IMG/VR virus record: IMGVR_UViG_3300033067_000634
Span: 1 to 43,774 of that record
DNA length: 43,774 nucleotides
Strand: one strand, 5' to 3'
From: a virus
Taxonomy: Duplodnaviria > Caudoviricetes
Positions 1 to 7,029 of this stretch are shown piece after piece. A program made the translations under genes and the position numbers. How positions within the stretch are numbered: the stretch's first letter is position 1; each line of letters opens with the position of its first letter. The notes under the pieces are model-generated. The model worked only from the letters and a program-made list of their open reading frames with translations. It made no database searches and was not told where the DNA came from.

Positions 1-93
1 CCGATGAAACTTCTGTATGTATATCAACTTTCTGCATCTATTTAACTTTTGTGCTATTAATCCCCGCCTTCGGCAATACCAGAACCGTTATAA
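1..93 (+). repeat. attC-like site E1 (partial: loop, right arm and GTT box)
   Basis: CCCCGCCTTCGGCAATACC-AGAACC-GTTATAA resembles the right arm of E6 (CCCAGCCTTCGGCAAGCCG-TAGCC-GTT). The left arm lies outside the window. Confidence 0.75.
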
Positions 94-99
94 GCCATA

Positions 100-303
100 T
101 TAAAAGACGAACCACCCAAAGAACTTTTCTAAATATGGAAGTATTCCTAACCACATTATTAGCTTAAACAAACCTATTCCAATCCATTTACCAGCATTAG
201 CGGATACTACTAAAATTAATAAACCGAAGAAAATACGGCTTATAACAGCACCTAAACAAGATGGCTGTTTTTCGTTTTCAATTGAAGTTTTATCTGTATT
301 CAT
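100..303 (-). CDS. Small membrane protein, cassette cargo; starts inside the E2 loop
   Basis: Hydrophobic C-terminal part; the segment QPSCLGAVIS is encoded by the E2 left arm and AAC box. Confidence 0.65.
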   Translation of the reverse strand: MNTDKTSIENEKQPSCLGAVISRIFFGLLILVVSANAGKWIGIGLFKLIMWLGILPYLEKFFGWFVF

Positions 304-371
304 AAATTCGTTTTTTAATTTAAGTTTCGAGGTATTAATCAGCCACCTCGTTTAGCTGCAAACCGTTGTGT
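240..371 (+). repeat. attC-like hairpin site E2
   Basis: TTATAAC-AGCACCTAAACAAGATGGCTG ... CAGCCACCTCGTTTAGCTGC-AAACC-GTTGTGT, an imperfect inverted repeat. Confidence 0.85.
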
Positions 372-385
372 GCAAGGCTACCAGA

Positions 386-667
386 CTACACAATTTTAAC
401 CATCTTGTATGTAATGGATTGGTAGTTATCATCAAACCTTGTCAGTCTCCACCCTTTTTCATTTGCCTGTTTTTCTGCAAACTCAAACTCACTATCATTA
501 AGGGTTGGTATTTTATCAATACCGTTGTTTAAGTGGAAACTTCCATCTCCACTTTCTGCACCCATACTAATAATGCCATTAAATTGTGTTATAAAATCAT
601 CAACCGTTTCGTAATTGACTTTTTCTTTCTTTAGTTTGATATTTTTTGCATCAATAAATTCTTTCAT
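386..667 (-). CDS. Hypothetical protein, cassette cargo
   Basis: 93-aa ORF filling the space between GTT 365 and AAC 696. Confidence 0.75.
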   Translation of the reverse strand: MKEFIDAKNIKLKKEKVNYETVDDFITQFNGIISMGAESGDGSFHLNNGIDKIPTLNDSEFEFAEKQANEKGWRLTRFDDNYQSITYKMVKIV

Positions 668-691
668 TTTCGTTTAATTTACCCGCCCTGC

Positions 692-779
692 ACACAACAA
701 TCGGTTTTATGCTATGCCGGACAGTTTGTTTATAATTTAAAGTACCTAAGTGGCACAGCATAAAGCCGTACCGTTATAA
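692..779 (+). repeat. attC-like hairpin site E3
   Basis: CAAC-AAT-CGGTTTTATGCTATGCC ... GGCACAGCATAAAGCCG-TACC-GTTATAA. Confidence 0.85.
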
Positions 780-818
780 GCAAGCTGGCTAACGCACGGG
801 CTTCACACGTCAGCCAGC

Positions 819-1389
819 TTATAACACGGGCTTTGTAAAATAAAGTAGCCCCGCCCGCCTATGGTATAAGAACGCACTCAACTCCAATTTGAGTAGCAAG
901 TTCGTATTCTTCTTTCACACCTTCTTTCACTTCACCAACAAATAGGGCAATGCCATTCAGTCGCTTAATGTTTTGTAGCATCAATAGTCTGCTCATTCCT
1001 AAAGTATCGGATGCTCCAAACCATCTAATTTGATTTTCGCCTGAAATTTCATCCAACGCATCTACCACTTCTGTACCAAAGCCTTTTGCAACTACGGTTT
1101 CTCTTGGTAAAAAGCAGTGATGTAAAACGGCTGATGGTTCTCCTTCTGCTTTTTCAGAGAAATCAATTAGGCTTTGGTTCTCTAACCAGTTGTCAATCTT
1201 CTTGTCAATTTCTGCCATCGTTTGCCCTTTGATGGTGAAGTGAATTGAGGCATCATACTTCTTACTACGTTCTGTTTTTTGTGATTCTTTTTCCATTTTG
1301 TGATTTTTTATTTAGTTTAACATTAATAATTTATCTTCCAAGTTGCTACACTTCGCTACTTTACTTCACAAAGCCCGAAACCGTTATAA
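819..1389 (+). repeat. attC-like site E4 with a whole gene in its loop
   Basis: Left arm TTATAAC-A-CGGGCTTTGTAAAATAAAGTAGC (819-849) pairs with GCTACTTTACTTCACAAAGCCCG-AAACC-GTTATAA (1355-1389). Confidence 0.85.
859..1296 (-). CDS. Hypothetical protein located in the E4 loop
   Basis: 145-aa ORF with a globular alpha/beta-like composition; no family recognised. Confidence 0.75.
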   Translation of the reverse strand: MEKESQKTERSKKYDASIHFTIKGQTMAEIDKKIDNWLENQSLIDFSEKAEGEPSAVLHHCFLPRETVVAKGFGTEVVDALDEISGENQIRWFGASDTLGMSRLLMLQNIKRLNGIALFVGEVKEGVKEEYELATQIGVECVLIP

Positions 1390-1415
1390 GCAAGGCGGTG
1401 AAAAACCGCCCAGAC

Positions 1416-1931
1416 TTATAACACGGGCTAAGAAGAAATAAAAACAACCCAGCCATCCTGTGTACTAATAAGCCTTTTCGTGTTTATAAGGTCTTGTCTT
1501 ATTGTATTCCAATTTCAATCTAATATGAGTTTCCAAGTCAATTCCAAATCCTTCGCAAAGGTCAAACAAACGAATTACGGTGTCGGCAATTTCATCTTCA
1601 AATGTATCCTTAACATTGTCTTTAAACGCTTGTATTGTAGCTGAATTTTCGTGAAACGGTGTGCTTTGTCTGTCTTGATTAAATTGCACCACATTTGCGA
1701 ATTTATTTTTTCGGTGTGCCTCCAACGCCTCCGATAATTCACTTACGCAAAGCATTAAAACTTCACCCACATTTTTCGTTTGTTTGTCCTCCCAAAAACC
1801 TTTTTTTACATTGTCTTGGTGGATTTCTGTCATCATTTTTTTGATTTCCATTGTAATTGTTTTTTTAGTTTATAAATTCAGAAGCCTTCCCTTCTGTTGT
1901 TTTTACTTCTCTTAGCCCGAAAACGTTACAG
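1416..1931 (+). repeat. attC-like site E5 with a whole gene in its loop
   Basis: TTATAAC-A-CGGGCTAAGAAGAAATAAAAACAAC (1416-1448) pairs with GTTGTTTTTACTTCTCTTAGCCCG-AAAAC-GTTACAG (1896-1931). Confidence 0.85.
1465..1851 (-). CDS. MazG-like nucleoside triphosphate pyrophosphohydrolase, in the E5 loop
   Basis: SELSEALEA and EDEIADTVIRLFD acidic motifs; C-terminal KLEYNKTRPYKH. Confidence 0.8.
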   Translation of the reverse strand: MEIKKMMTEIHQDNVKKGFWEDKQTKNVGEVLMLCVSELSEALEAHRKNKFANVVQFNQDRQSTPFHENSATIQAFKDNVKDTFEDEIADTVIRLFDLCEGFGIDLETHIRLKLEYNKTRPYKHEKAY

Positions 1932-1938
1932 GCAAGTG

Positions 1939-2655
1939 TTACCGACCTGCTACGATTTGAAAGTATCTATCTTTTAATGCTCTCAAATAAATATCATTTG
2001 GAATACCGTAATTCCCTATTGCCCACATATCGTTAAATTCTACAACGACATTCTCATTATTTTCTAAAACAGCAATATCAACTGTATAAGCACAAGGGAA
2101 TTTGCCTTTATTATTAGCAATAACCGTCATAGCATATTCATAATTTGGAGAAACTATAAATTCACCAGAGTAATTTCTTGCATCAATAAGTTTGTCATTA
2201 TGCACATATAAACGCCATTCACTAATAATTTTACTATTGAATACTTCGTAAGCCATTACCTTAGTTTCATTTGGCAAATTGGATAAGCAATAGTATCTCA
2301 TACCATCAAGAATTAACCCTGTAAAAAGTTTTATCTCAATTGGTTTAATAAATAACTTACTACCATTTGCAACTCTTTTATGAGCATCTTCAAGTGTAAT
2401 TACCTCACAATCTCTATTTGAGTTAATTGGCAATCTGACATCATTTAAACCTATCCTTTTGAAAACTTCTCTCATAAATTCAGTTGAACCTACAAATAAG
2501 TTTTTCTTAATGAGCATATCAAACTTACCACTTGCAACTTCTTCAAAAGATGTTAAGCGATAATCCATAGCGTTATCAATTGCACCATATAATGCACAAG
2601 AGCAATCAAAATGATGCGCTAATGCTCGTTCTGTATTTGACTGTATGTAAATCAT
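1939..2655 (-). CDS. ATP-grasp domain protein (DUF4343-like), cassette cargo
   Basis: LFIKP..KLFTG, SEWRLYV, YTVDIA and VVEFNDMWAIGNYG motifs. The start is re-assigned to MIYIQ (2655) because the longer start crosses site E6. Confidence 0.75.
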   Translation of the reverse strand: MIYIQSNTERALAHHFDCSCALYGAIDNAMDYRLTSFEEVASGKFDMLIKKNLFVGSTEFMREVFKRIGLNDVRLPINSNRDCEVITLEDAHKRVANGSKLFIKPIEIKLFTGLILDGMRYYCLSNLPNETKVMAYEVFNSKIISEWRLYVHNDKLIDARNYSGEFIVSPNYEYAMTVIANNKGKFPCAYTVDIAVLENNENVVVEFNDMWAIGNYGIPNDIYLRALKDRYFQIVAGR

Positions 2656-2680
2656 AATTTGTTTATTAATCCACACCTGC

Positions 2681-2811
2681 CTGTAACATCGGTTTGCCAA
2701 AAGCTGGGCAGACATGGTAAACTCAGCTTTTGTACCTTTAATCGGCTTTTGTACAAGGGTTCAGCTTTAGTGCTTCTAATCCCAGCCTTCGGCAAGCCGT
2801 AGCCGTTAGCG
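2681..2811 (+). repeat. attC-like hairpin site E6
   Basis: CTGTAAC-AT-CGGTTTGCCAAAAGCTGGG ... CCCAGCCTTCGGCAAGCCG-TAGCC-GTTAGCG. Confidence 0.85.
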
Positions 2812-2817
2812 GTAATG

Positions 2818-3108
2818 CTATTTAGCCACCGTTTCATTTTGCACCCTTACTTCGTGAGATGATTTACCGTTTGATTGTTGGTATGCTGTTTCTACTTTAC
2901 CCCTGCAATCAGTCCAATAAACAGCGTGTCCTCCATCGGTAAAGCGGTAAATCTTGCACCCATCTTTCTCAAACAGCAATTCCACATTGAAATTTCCGTT
3001 ACTTGTTTGTTCTTGCTGTTGCCCATCTTTCAAGCATCCTGTAAGCACTACCGCTAACATCGCACTTAACGCAATGGCGGCTTTTGTTCTTAATTTGAAG
3101 TTTCTCAT
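2818..3108 (-). CDS. Small lipoprotein (DUF4884-like), cassette cargo; starts in the E7 loop
   Basis: Signal peptide with lipobox LTGC; VELLFEKDGCKIYRF.DGG motif. Confidence 0.75.
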   Translation of the reverse strand: MRNFKLRTKAAIALSAMLAVVLTGCLKDGQQQEQTSNGNFNVELLFEKDGCKIYRFTDGGHAVYWTDCRGKVETAYQQSNGKSSHEVRVQNETVAK

Positions 3109-3182
3109 TTCTATTTATGTTTATTTGTTAATTAAAATTCTCGTTTCTAAACCGCCACTGCGTAAGTGCGTAGCCGTTATAA
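3052..3182 (+). repeat. attC-like hairpin site E7
   Basis: CGCTAAC-AT-CGCACTTAACGCAATGGCGG ... CCGCCACTGCGTAAGTGCG-TAGCC-GTTATAA. Confidence 0.85.
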
Positions 3183-3187
3183 AACAT

Positions 3188-3334
3188 TTATTTTTTGCTT
3201 TTTGCCAGAGCGCGTTTGACGTATTTAGTAATCGGCTCAATTAGTGACAAAGGCAATCTAAATGATACTGTTTTTGTAGGTTCGCCATATTTATTTTTAC
3301 GACCTGCATTTAATCTTTTTCCTCCGTGTTTCAT
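3188..3334 (-). CDS. Small putative DNA-binding protein
   Basis: GGKRLNAGRK motif followed by TKTVSFRLP (RHH-like). Start re-assigned to MKHGG because an upstream ORF occupies 3343-3504. Confidence 0.6.
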   Translation of the reverse strand: MKHGGKRLNAGRKNKYGEPTKTVSFRLPLSLIEPITKYVKRALAKSKK

Positions 3335-3342
3335 ATATAATT

Positions 3343-3504
3343 TTATTTTTTTTCTTGCTTTATATTTGATGCATTTTGTATCTGTAACCAAATATTTTTT
3401 TCATAAAACCTTAGAACGCCCAAAACCTCAAATACAGAAAACACATTTATTGTAATTGAATTTTCTCCATCATTTTTTTGTTTTATTATAATTGTTTTTT
3501 CCAT
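3343..3504 (-). CDS. Hypothetical 53-aa protein
   Basis: Hand-translated MEKTIIIKQKNDGENSITINV...QEKK*; fills the gap in a tight operon. Confidence 0.5.
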   Translation of the reverse strand: MEKTIIIKQKNDGENSITINVFSVFEVLGVLRFYEKNIWLQIQNASNIKQEKK

Positions 3505-3509
3505 TTTTA

Positions 3510-3701
3510 TTAGTATATTTGTTCGTTGCCAACCCCGCTTCCTGATTGAACAGCGCGCTCAGGGTTGGCGTTTTCTTTTAATAACTTTATATGTTTTTTA
3601 GTTTTAAGGAACATTTCTTTCTCAAACCTTCCCTTCACACTTCTAAAAAAATCACAGCACAATTCAAGGTGCATAATTAAATCTTCATTATTATGCTTCA
3701 T
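3510..3701 (-). CDS. Hypothetical protein
   Basis: 63-aa ORF packed tightly with its neighbours. Confidence 0.55.
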   Translation of the reverse strand: MKHNNEDLIMHLELCCDFFRSVKGRFEKEMFLKTKKHIKLLKENANPERAVQSGSGVGNEQIY

Positions 3702-3861
3702 TGTTTTCTATAATAAAAGAAGTTATTTTTTCCCTTAATTCAATTTCACTCATATTAGACGCAACATCAAAACCTCCTAAATAATTACAAAGCTCTTCGT
3801 TAAAAATAAAGGCTATTTCCATTTGGCTTTTTGTTGCTGTTGTTATGTTTAAGTCTTCCAT
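3691..3861 (-). CDS. Hypothetical 56-aa protein
   Basis: Hand-translated MEDLNITTATKSQMEIAF...NNEA*, directly after a promoter with an A-rich leader. Confidence 0.55.
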   Translation of the reverse strand: MEDLNITTATKSQMEIAFIFNEELCNYLGGFDVASNMSEIELREKITSFIIENNEA

Positions 3862-3886
3862 TTAGTTTTTGTTTTAATTGTATGAT

Positions 3887-3918
3887 GTAAAGATACAGCT
3901 ATATTTTGAATCTGCAAA
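3887..3918 (-). promoter_or_regulatory. Bacteroidota-type promoter carried inside a cassette
   Basis: Minus strand TTTG (-33) ... TATCTTTA (-7 variant) upstream of ORF 3861. Confidence 0.6.
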
Positions 3919-4017
3919 CTTTTTCAAGATTATTTTAGTGTTTTGTTGTAACTAACTGATAATCAAAAAGAATAATTTAGTTAAAAACCAACTAAAAAAA
4001 GCAAAAAATAAACGATT

Positions 4018-4095
4018 TTATAACACGTAATTGGCGCAAGCCTTTCACGTAGGGTTCCTGTTAACGGCCTGTCGCCAATCACGAAACCGTTACGC
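4018..4095 (+). repeat. attC-like hairpin site E8 (terminal site of the array)
   Basis: TTATAAC-A-CGTAATTGGCGCAAGCC ... GGCCTGTCGCCAATCACG-AAACC-GTTACGC; the GTTA overlaps the stop codon of ORF 4090..4314. Confidence 0.8.
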
Positions 4096-4314
4096 CACCC
4101 TCTTTACTATCAGATACCCCTCCCCATCATTACCTACCGAGAATTTTTTATCCCTATTGTTTCTGTAAAAAGCCTGTACTAGCATCCTCATTTTAGCGGC
4201 TTTCTTTGTTTCGTACACTCCATCATAAAAACACTCGCCAATCTCTAACGCTGCGAATGGATAAAATGTTCTTGCTGGTCTTCCAACTTTAGGGTATGTT
4301 TGTTTTCTTTCCAT
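4090..4314 (-). CDS. Small putative DNA-binding protein
   Basis: YPFAALEIGECF...KKFSV...LIVKRVA pattern of small phage DNA-binding proteins; first gene after the leftward promoter. Confidence 0.6.
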   Translation of the reverse strand: MERKQTYPKVGRPARTFYPFAALEIGECFYDGVYETKKAAKMRMLVQAFYRNNRDKKFSVGNDGEGYLIVKRVA

Positions 4315-4337
4315 ATATGTATGTTATTTTATATACA

Positions 4338-4367
4338 CAAATATAAGCAAAAATAACCACATAGCAA
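4338..4367 (-). promoter_or_regulatory. Leftward Bacteroidota sigma-A promoter reading into the cassette array
   Basis: TATATTTG (-7) at 4345-4338 and TTG (-33) at about 4367-4365. Confidence 0.7.
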
Positions 4368-4424
4368 GTTTATTATAATAAAGATATTAACAACCGAATG
4401 TTTACAATTTAATATACTAAACTA

Positions 4425-4454
4425 TTGCTAATATCAAACAAAGTTGTATATTTG
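4425..4454 (+). promoter_or_regulatory. Rightward Bacteroidota sigma-A promoter (early operon)
   Basis: TTG at 4425 and TATATTTG at 4447-4454. Confidence 0.7.
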
Positions 4455-4489
4455 TGTATGATTATTAACAAACATAAAACCCAAACAGC

Positions 4490-4729
4490 ATGAAAAACAC
4501 AGTAGAAATAATAAACATATCCGACATAACGGTATCGTTTAAGGATAGGTTATTTGACCTTAAGACTACCCCACAGGTTGAATTAACCAAACAAGCCCTA
4601 AAACATATTACATATAAAACAAATATGTGGGTTTACTCTAATATATGTAAATATGACGGTGTTTTAATTGAGTATAAAACCCAAACAACTGACGAAATAA
4701 ACAATTTTACTATTCACTTTTTAAACTAA
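4490..4729 (+). CDS. Hypothetical early protein
   Basis: First ORF after the promoter, with an A-rich leader. Confidence 0.65.
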   Translation: MKNTVEIINISDITVSFKDRLFDLKTTPQVELTKQALKHITYKTNMWVYSNICKYDGVLIEYKTQTTDEINNFTIHFLN

Positions 4730-4734
4730 CTAAC

Positions 4735-5295
4735 ATGAAAAAAGAAGACGAATTACACGAGTATAACGAAAGGCTTACCACAATTAAATCTAATATATAT
4801 ACTAAGCTTTTGGCTTTTCAAAGGCTAAATATATCAGTAAAAAAAGACGGTAAGAATCCGCATTTTAAAAGCAACTACTCAACACTTAATGAGGTTTTAG
4901 ATAAGGTTAAGAAGCCATTGAATGACTTAGGGGTGGTTATTATATTTGAGCCTCAGATAGACTGCTTAGTTACAATACTATATGATACAGAAAGCGGTAC
5001 TCAAGTGTCAGGTCAAATGAAGTATGTTGGAACTGAAAACGCACAAAAACTTTTAGCTTGCAATACCTATTTTAGGAGAGGTTCTTTGGTTTCGCTTCTT
5101 GGATTAGAAGATGAGGATGACGATGGAAATAAAGCAAGCGAACCAGCAAAGCCAGTAAAACAAAAGCTATCAGACGCAGGTTTTAACACCGCCTTAAAAA
5201 GGATTAAAGAAGGTGAGGATATTGTAGATCAAATTAAAAGCAAGTTTGAGCTAACAAAAGAACAGTTAAATGAGTTAAACAAAACACTAGCATAG
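4735..5295 (+). CDS. erf: ERF-family ssDNA annealing protein
   Basis: KDGKNPHFKSNYSTL, TYFRRGSL and EDEDDDGN motifs. Confidence 0.85.
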   Translation: MKKEDELHEYNERLTTIKSNIYTKLLAFQRLNISVKKDGKNPHFKSNYSTLNEVLDKVKKPLNDLGVVIIFEPQIDCLVTILYDTESGTQVSGQMKYVGTENAQKLLACNTYFRRGSLVSLLGLEDEDDDGNKASEPAKPVKQKLSDAGFNTALKRIKEGEDIVDQIKSKFELTKEQLNELNKTLA

Positions 5296-5297
5296 AT

Positions 5298-5501
5298 ATG
5301 GAAGCTAAAACACATAAAATACAGGTTAAAAACTATTGTGTAGGTGCTGTAAAGATTGACCAGCAGATAGGCAAAAAGTATTCTGATATTAGAACTAACT
5401 TTGGCTCTATTGACTTTACTGGCACTGACGAAGAATTAAGCGAGTTTCTTAAAGATTGCAGAAAAGATGAGAAGTATTTTAAAGTAATAGGTGTAATATG
5501 A
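5298..5501 (+). CDS. Hypothetical protein
   Basis: Tightly coupled ORF. Confidence 0.6.
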   Translation: MEAKTHKIQVKNYCVGAVKIDQQIGKKYSDIRTNFGSIDFTGTDEELSEFLKDCRKDEKYFKVIGVI

Positions 5502-5848
5502 AACTAATTATTCAGGCTACAATAGAAAATATAAGCACCCGAAACGACAATACCATTAAGGTCGTTTTAGGCACTCAGGAGGTGGACTCCTCAATAGCTG
5601 GCAGTTTATTTCAGATGAGGAATAAACTAGCCAAGGTGCTGATTTCTGACACTAACATAACAGACATTGAGTCGGCATTAGTTGATGAGCAAAAGATAAG
5701 CGCAAGTAAGAAGCGTTCTAGTTCATCTAGGCTTAGAAATGTTCTATATGTTTATCACGAGCAACAGGGGTTAGATATGGATTTCGAGACATTCTACACC
5801 TCTGAGATTGAAAAAATAATAACTCACTACAAAACTAAACTAACATGA
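5498..5848 (+). CDS. Hypothetical phage protein
   Basis: ATGA overlap; SSRLRNVLYV...FETFY...EKIITHYK. Confidence 0.7.
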   Translation: MKLIIQATIENISTRNDNTIKVVLGTQEVDSSIAGSLFQMRNKLAKVLISDTNITDIESALVDEQKISASKKRSSSSRLRNVLYVYHEQQGLDMDFETFYTSEIEKIITHYKTKLT

Positions 5849-6069
5849 AAAAACTAAGCGAATACTTTGGACTTATATGCTTTATGTGCTGTCTTATTAT
5901 CGGATGGTTATACTACAAAACATCTGTTAAAAACAGCGAACAGATTGAGAAAATAAACCTATACTACGATGTTGAATTACACAAACGAGACAGCGTAAAC
6001 GAGGCTAACAGGGATTATTATATTCAAGACAGCATTTGGCACGAAGCTGATAGAAAACTAAAAAGATAA
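5845..6069 (+). CDS. Hypothetical protein with an N-terminal TM helix
   Basis: Hydrophobic residues 8-23; ATGA overlap. Confidence 0.6.
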   Translation: MKKLSEYFGLICFMCCLIIGWLYYKTSVKNSEQIEKINLYYDVELHKRDSVNEANRDYYIQDSIWHEADRKLKR

Positions 6070-6080
6070 TTACATTCTAA

Positions 6081-6296
6081 ATGATAGGTAAAAGGGTTTA
6101 TTTTGAAGAAAATAATAAATGCACTTTTGGTGTCTTATCCCAAGTATGGGATAATGGCTATGTAAAAATAGCATACATAAAAGTTCCAAAATATACCGTT
6201 ATTTCTGATGCAGGAATATCTAAAGGCCGAGAAATACAATTAGATTTTATATGTGCAACATTTGAAGAAATAAATATCTGTGAAAAAAAATGGTAA
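6081..6296 (+). CDS. Hypothetical protein
   Basis: Operon-packed ORF. Confidence 0.5.
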   Translation: MIGKRVYFEENNKCTFGVLSQVWDNGYVKIAYIKVPKYTVISDAGISKGREIQLDFICATFEEINICEKKW

Positions 6297-6810
6297 AATA
6301 GCATTAAAGCAAAAGACGTGTAAAAATTGCAAGGCATTGTTTACCCCTGCAAGGTCTTTTCAAAAGGCTTGTTCTTACAAGTGTGCTATTGAGTTATCTA
6401 ATGCCTTATCTTGGAAGCTAGAGAGAATAGCAATGAAGGAAAAGTTAAAAACACTTGGGCAATATAAAAATGATGCCCGTGTTTACTTTCAAAAGTGGAT
6501 AAGAAAAAGAGACGATAAGCTGCCTTGCATAAGCTGTGGTAAGTTTGCAAACAGGTACGATGCAGGGCATTATTTTAAGGCAGAACTTTACTCTGGTTTA
6601 ATATTTGACGAAGATAATTGCCATAAGCAATGCGTGAGATGCAATAAAGAATTACACGGAAACGAATCTAACTACCGGATAGGGCTTGTAAAGAAGATAG
6701 GGTTAATCCGCGTTGAATGGCTCGAAAATAATAAGGACAGACTAAGAATCTACAAGTACACAAAAGAGGAGTTAATTAATATTAAAAACGAATACAAAAA
6801 TAGATTATGA
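6280..6810 (+). CDS. ninG: NinG/Rap-family recombination endonuclease
   Basis: CKNC..CSYKC zinc finger, FQKWIRKRD..PCISCG, DAGHY and NCHKQCVRCN motifs. Confidence 0.85.
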   Translation: MKKNGKIALKQKTCKNCKALFTPARSFQKACSYKCAIELSNALSWKLERIAMKEKLKTLGQYKNDARVYFQKWIRKRDDKLPCISCGKFANRYDAGHYFKAELYSGLIFDEDNCHKQCVRCNKELHGNESNYRIGLVKKIGLIRVEWLENNKDRLRIYKYTKEELINIKNEYKNRL

Positions 6811-7028
6811 AAAAGAAACAACCAACCCAAAAAGATGCTATATTAGCACACTTAAAAAAGCACAAAACAATTAAACCATTACAGGCTCTAAGCCTTTACG
6901 GGTGCTACCGACTAAGCTCTATAATTAATAGGCTTCGAGAAGATGGCTTTAATATAGCAACCGAGATAAAAGAAGCTAAAGGTAAGTTTGGTAAAACGTC
7001 ATACGCTGTTTATAAAATAAAGAAATAA
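6807..7028 (+). CDS. Small winged-HTH protein
   Basis: TQKDAILAHL..IKPLQAL..YGCYRLSSII..LREDGFNI pattern. Confidence 0.75.
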   Translation: MKKKQPTQKDAILAHLKKHKTIKPLQALSLYGCYRLSSIINRLREDGFNIATEIKEAKGKFGKTSYAVYKIKK

Positions 7029-7029
7029 C

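Larger units (their letters stand above)
1..4095 (+). mobile_element. Integron-like cassette array, distal part (7 complete units plus a partial one)
   Basis: CGTT boxes at 87, 365, 773, 1383, 1925, 2805, 3176 and 4089. Each GTT-N6+ (except the last) is reverse-complementary to the N6+-AAC that ends the same unit, e.g. GTTATAAGCC 87/GGCTTATAAC 237, GTTGTGTGCA 365/TGCACACAAC 689, GTTACAGGCA 1925/TGCCTGTAAC 2678, GTTAGCGGTA 2805/TACCGCTAAC 3049. Confidence 0.85.

Noticed and set aside
2652-2837. 61-aa ORF and the extended 2715 start of the ATP-grasp gene
   Set aside because: Both are translations across site E6; MIYIQ at 2655 has the A-rich leader.
2875-3455. Plus-strand ORFs 2875..3057, 2954..3244 and 3195..3455
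   Set aside because: Antisense shadows of better-supported minus-strand genes.
1-4095. CRISPR array or REP/BIME repeats
   Set aside because: The repeats are divergent inverted arms rather than identical direct repeats, the spacers are gene-sized and variable, and there are no cas or RAYT genes.
240-4095. Hairpins as simple intrinsic terminators
   Set aside because: They have no U tails and large loops, ORFs read through them, and termination does not explain the fixed AAC/GTT cores with unit-specific complementarity.
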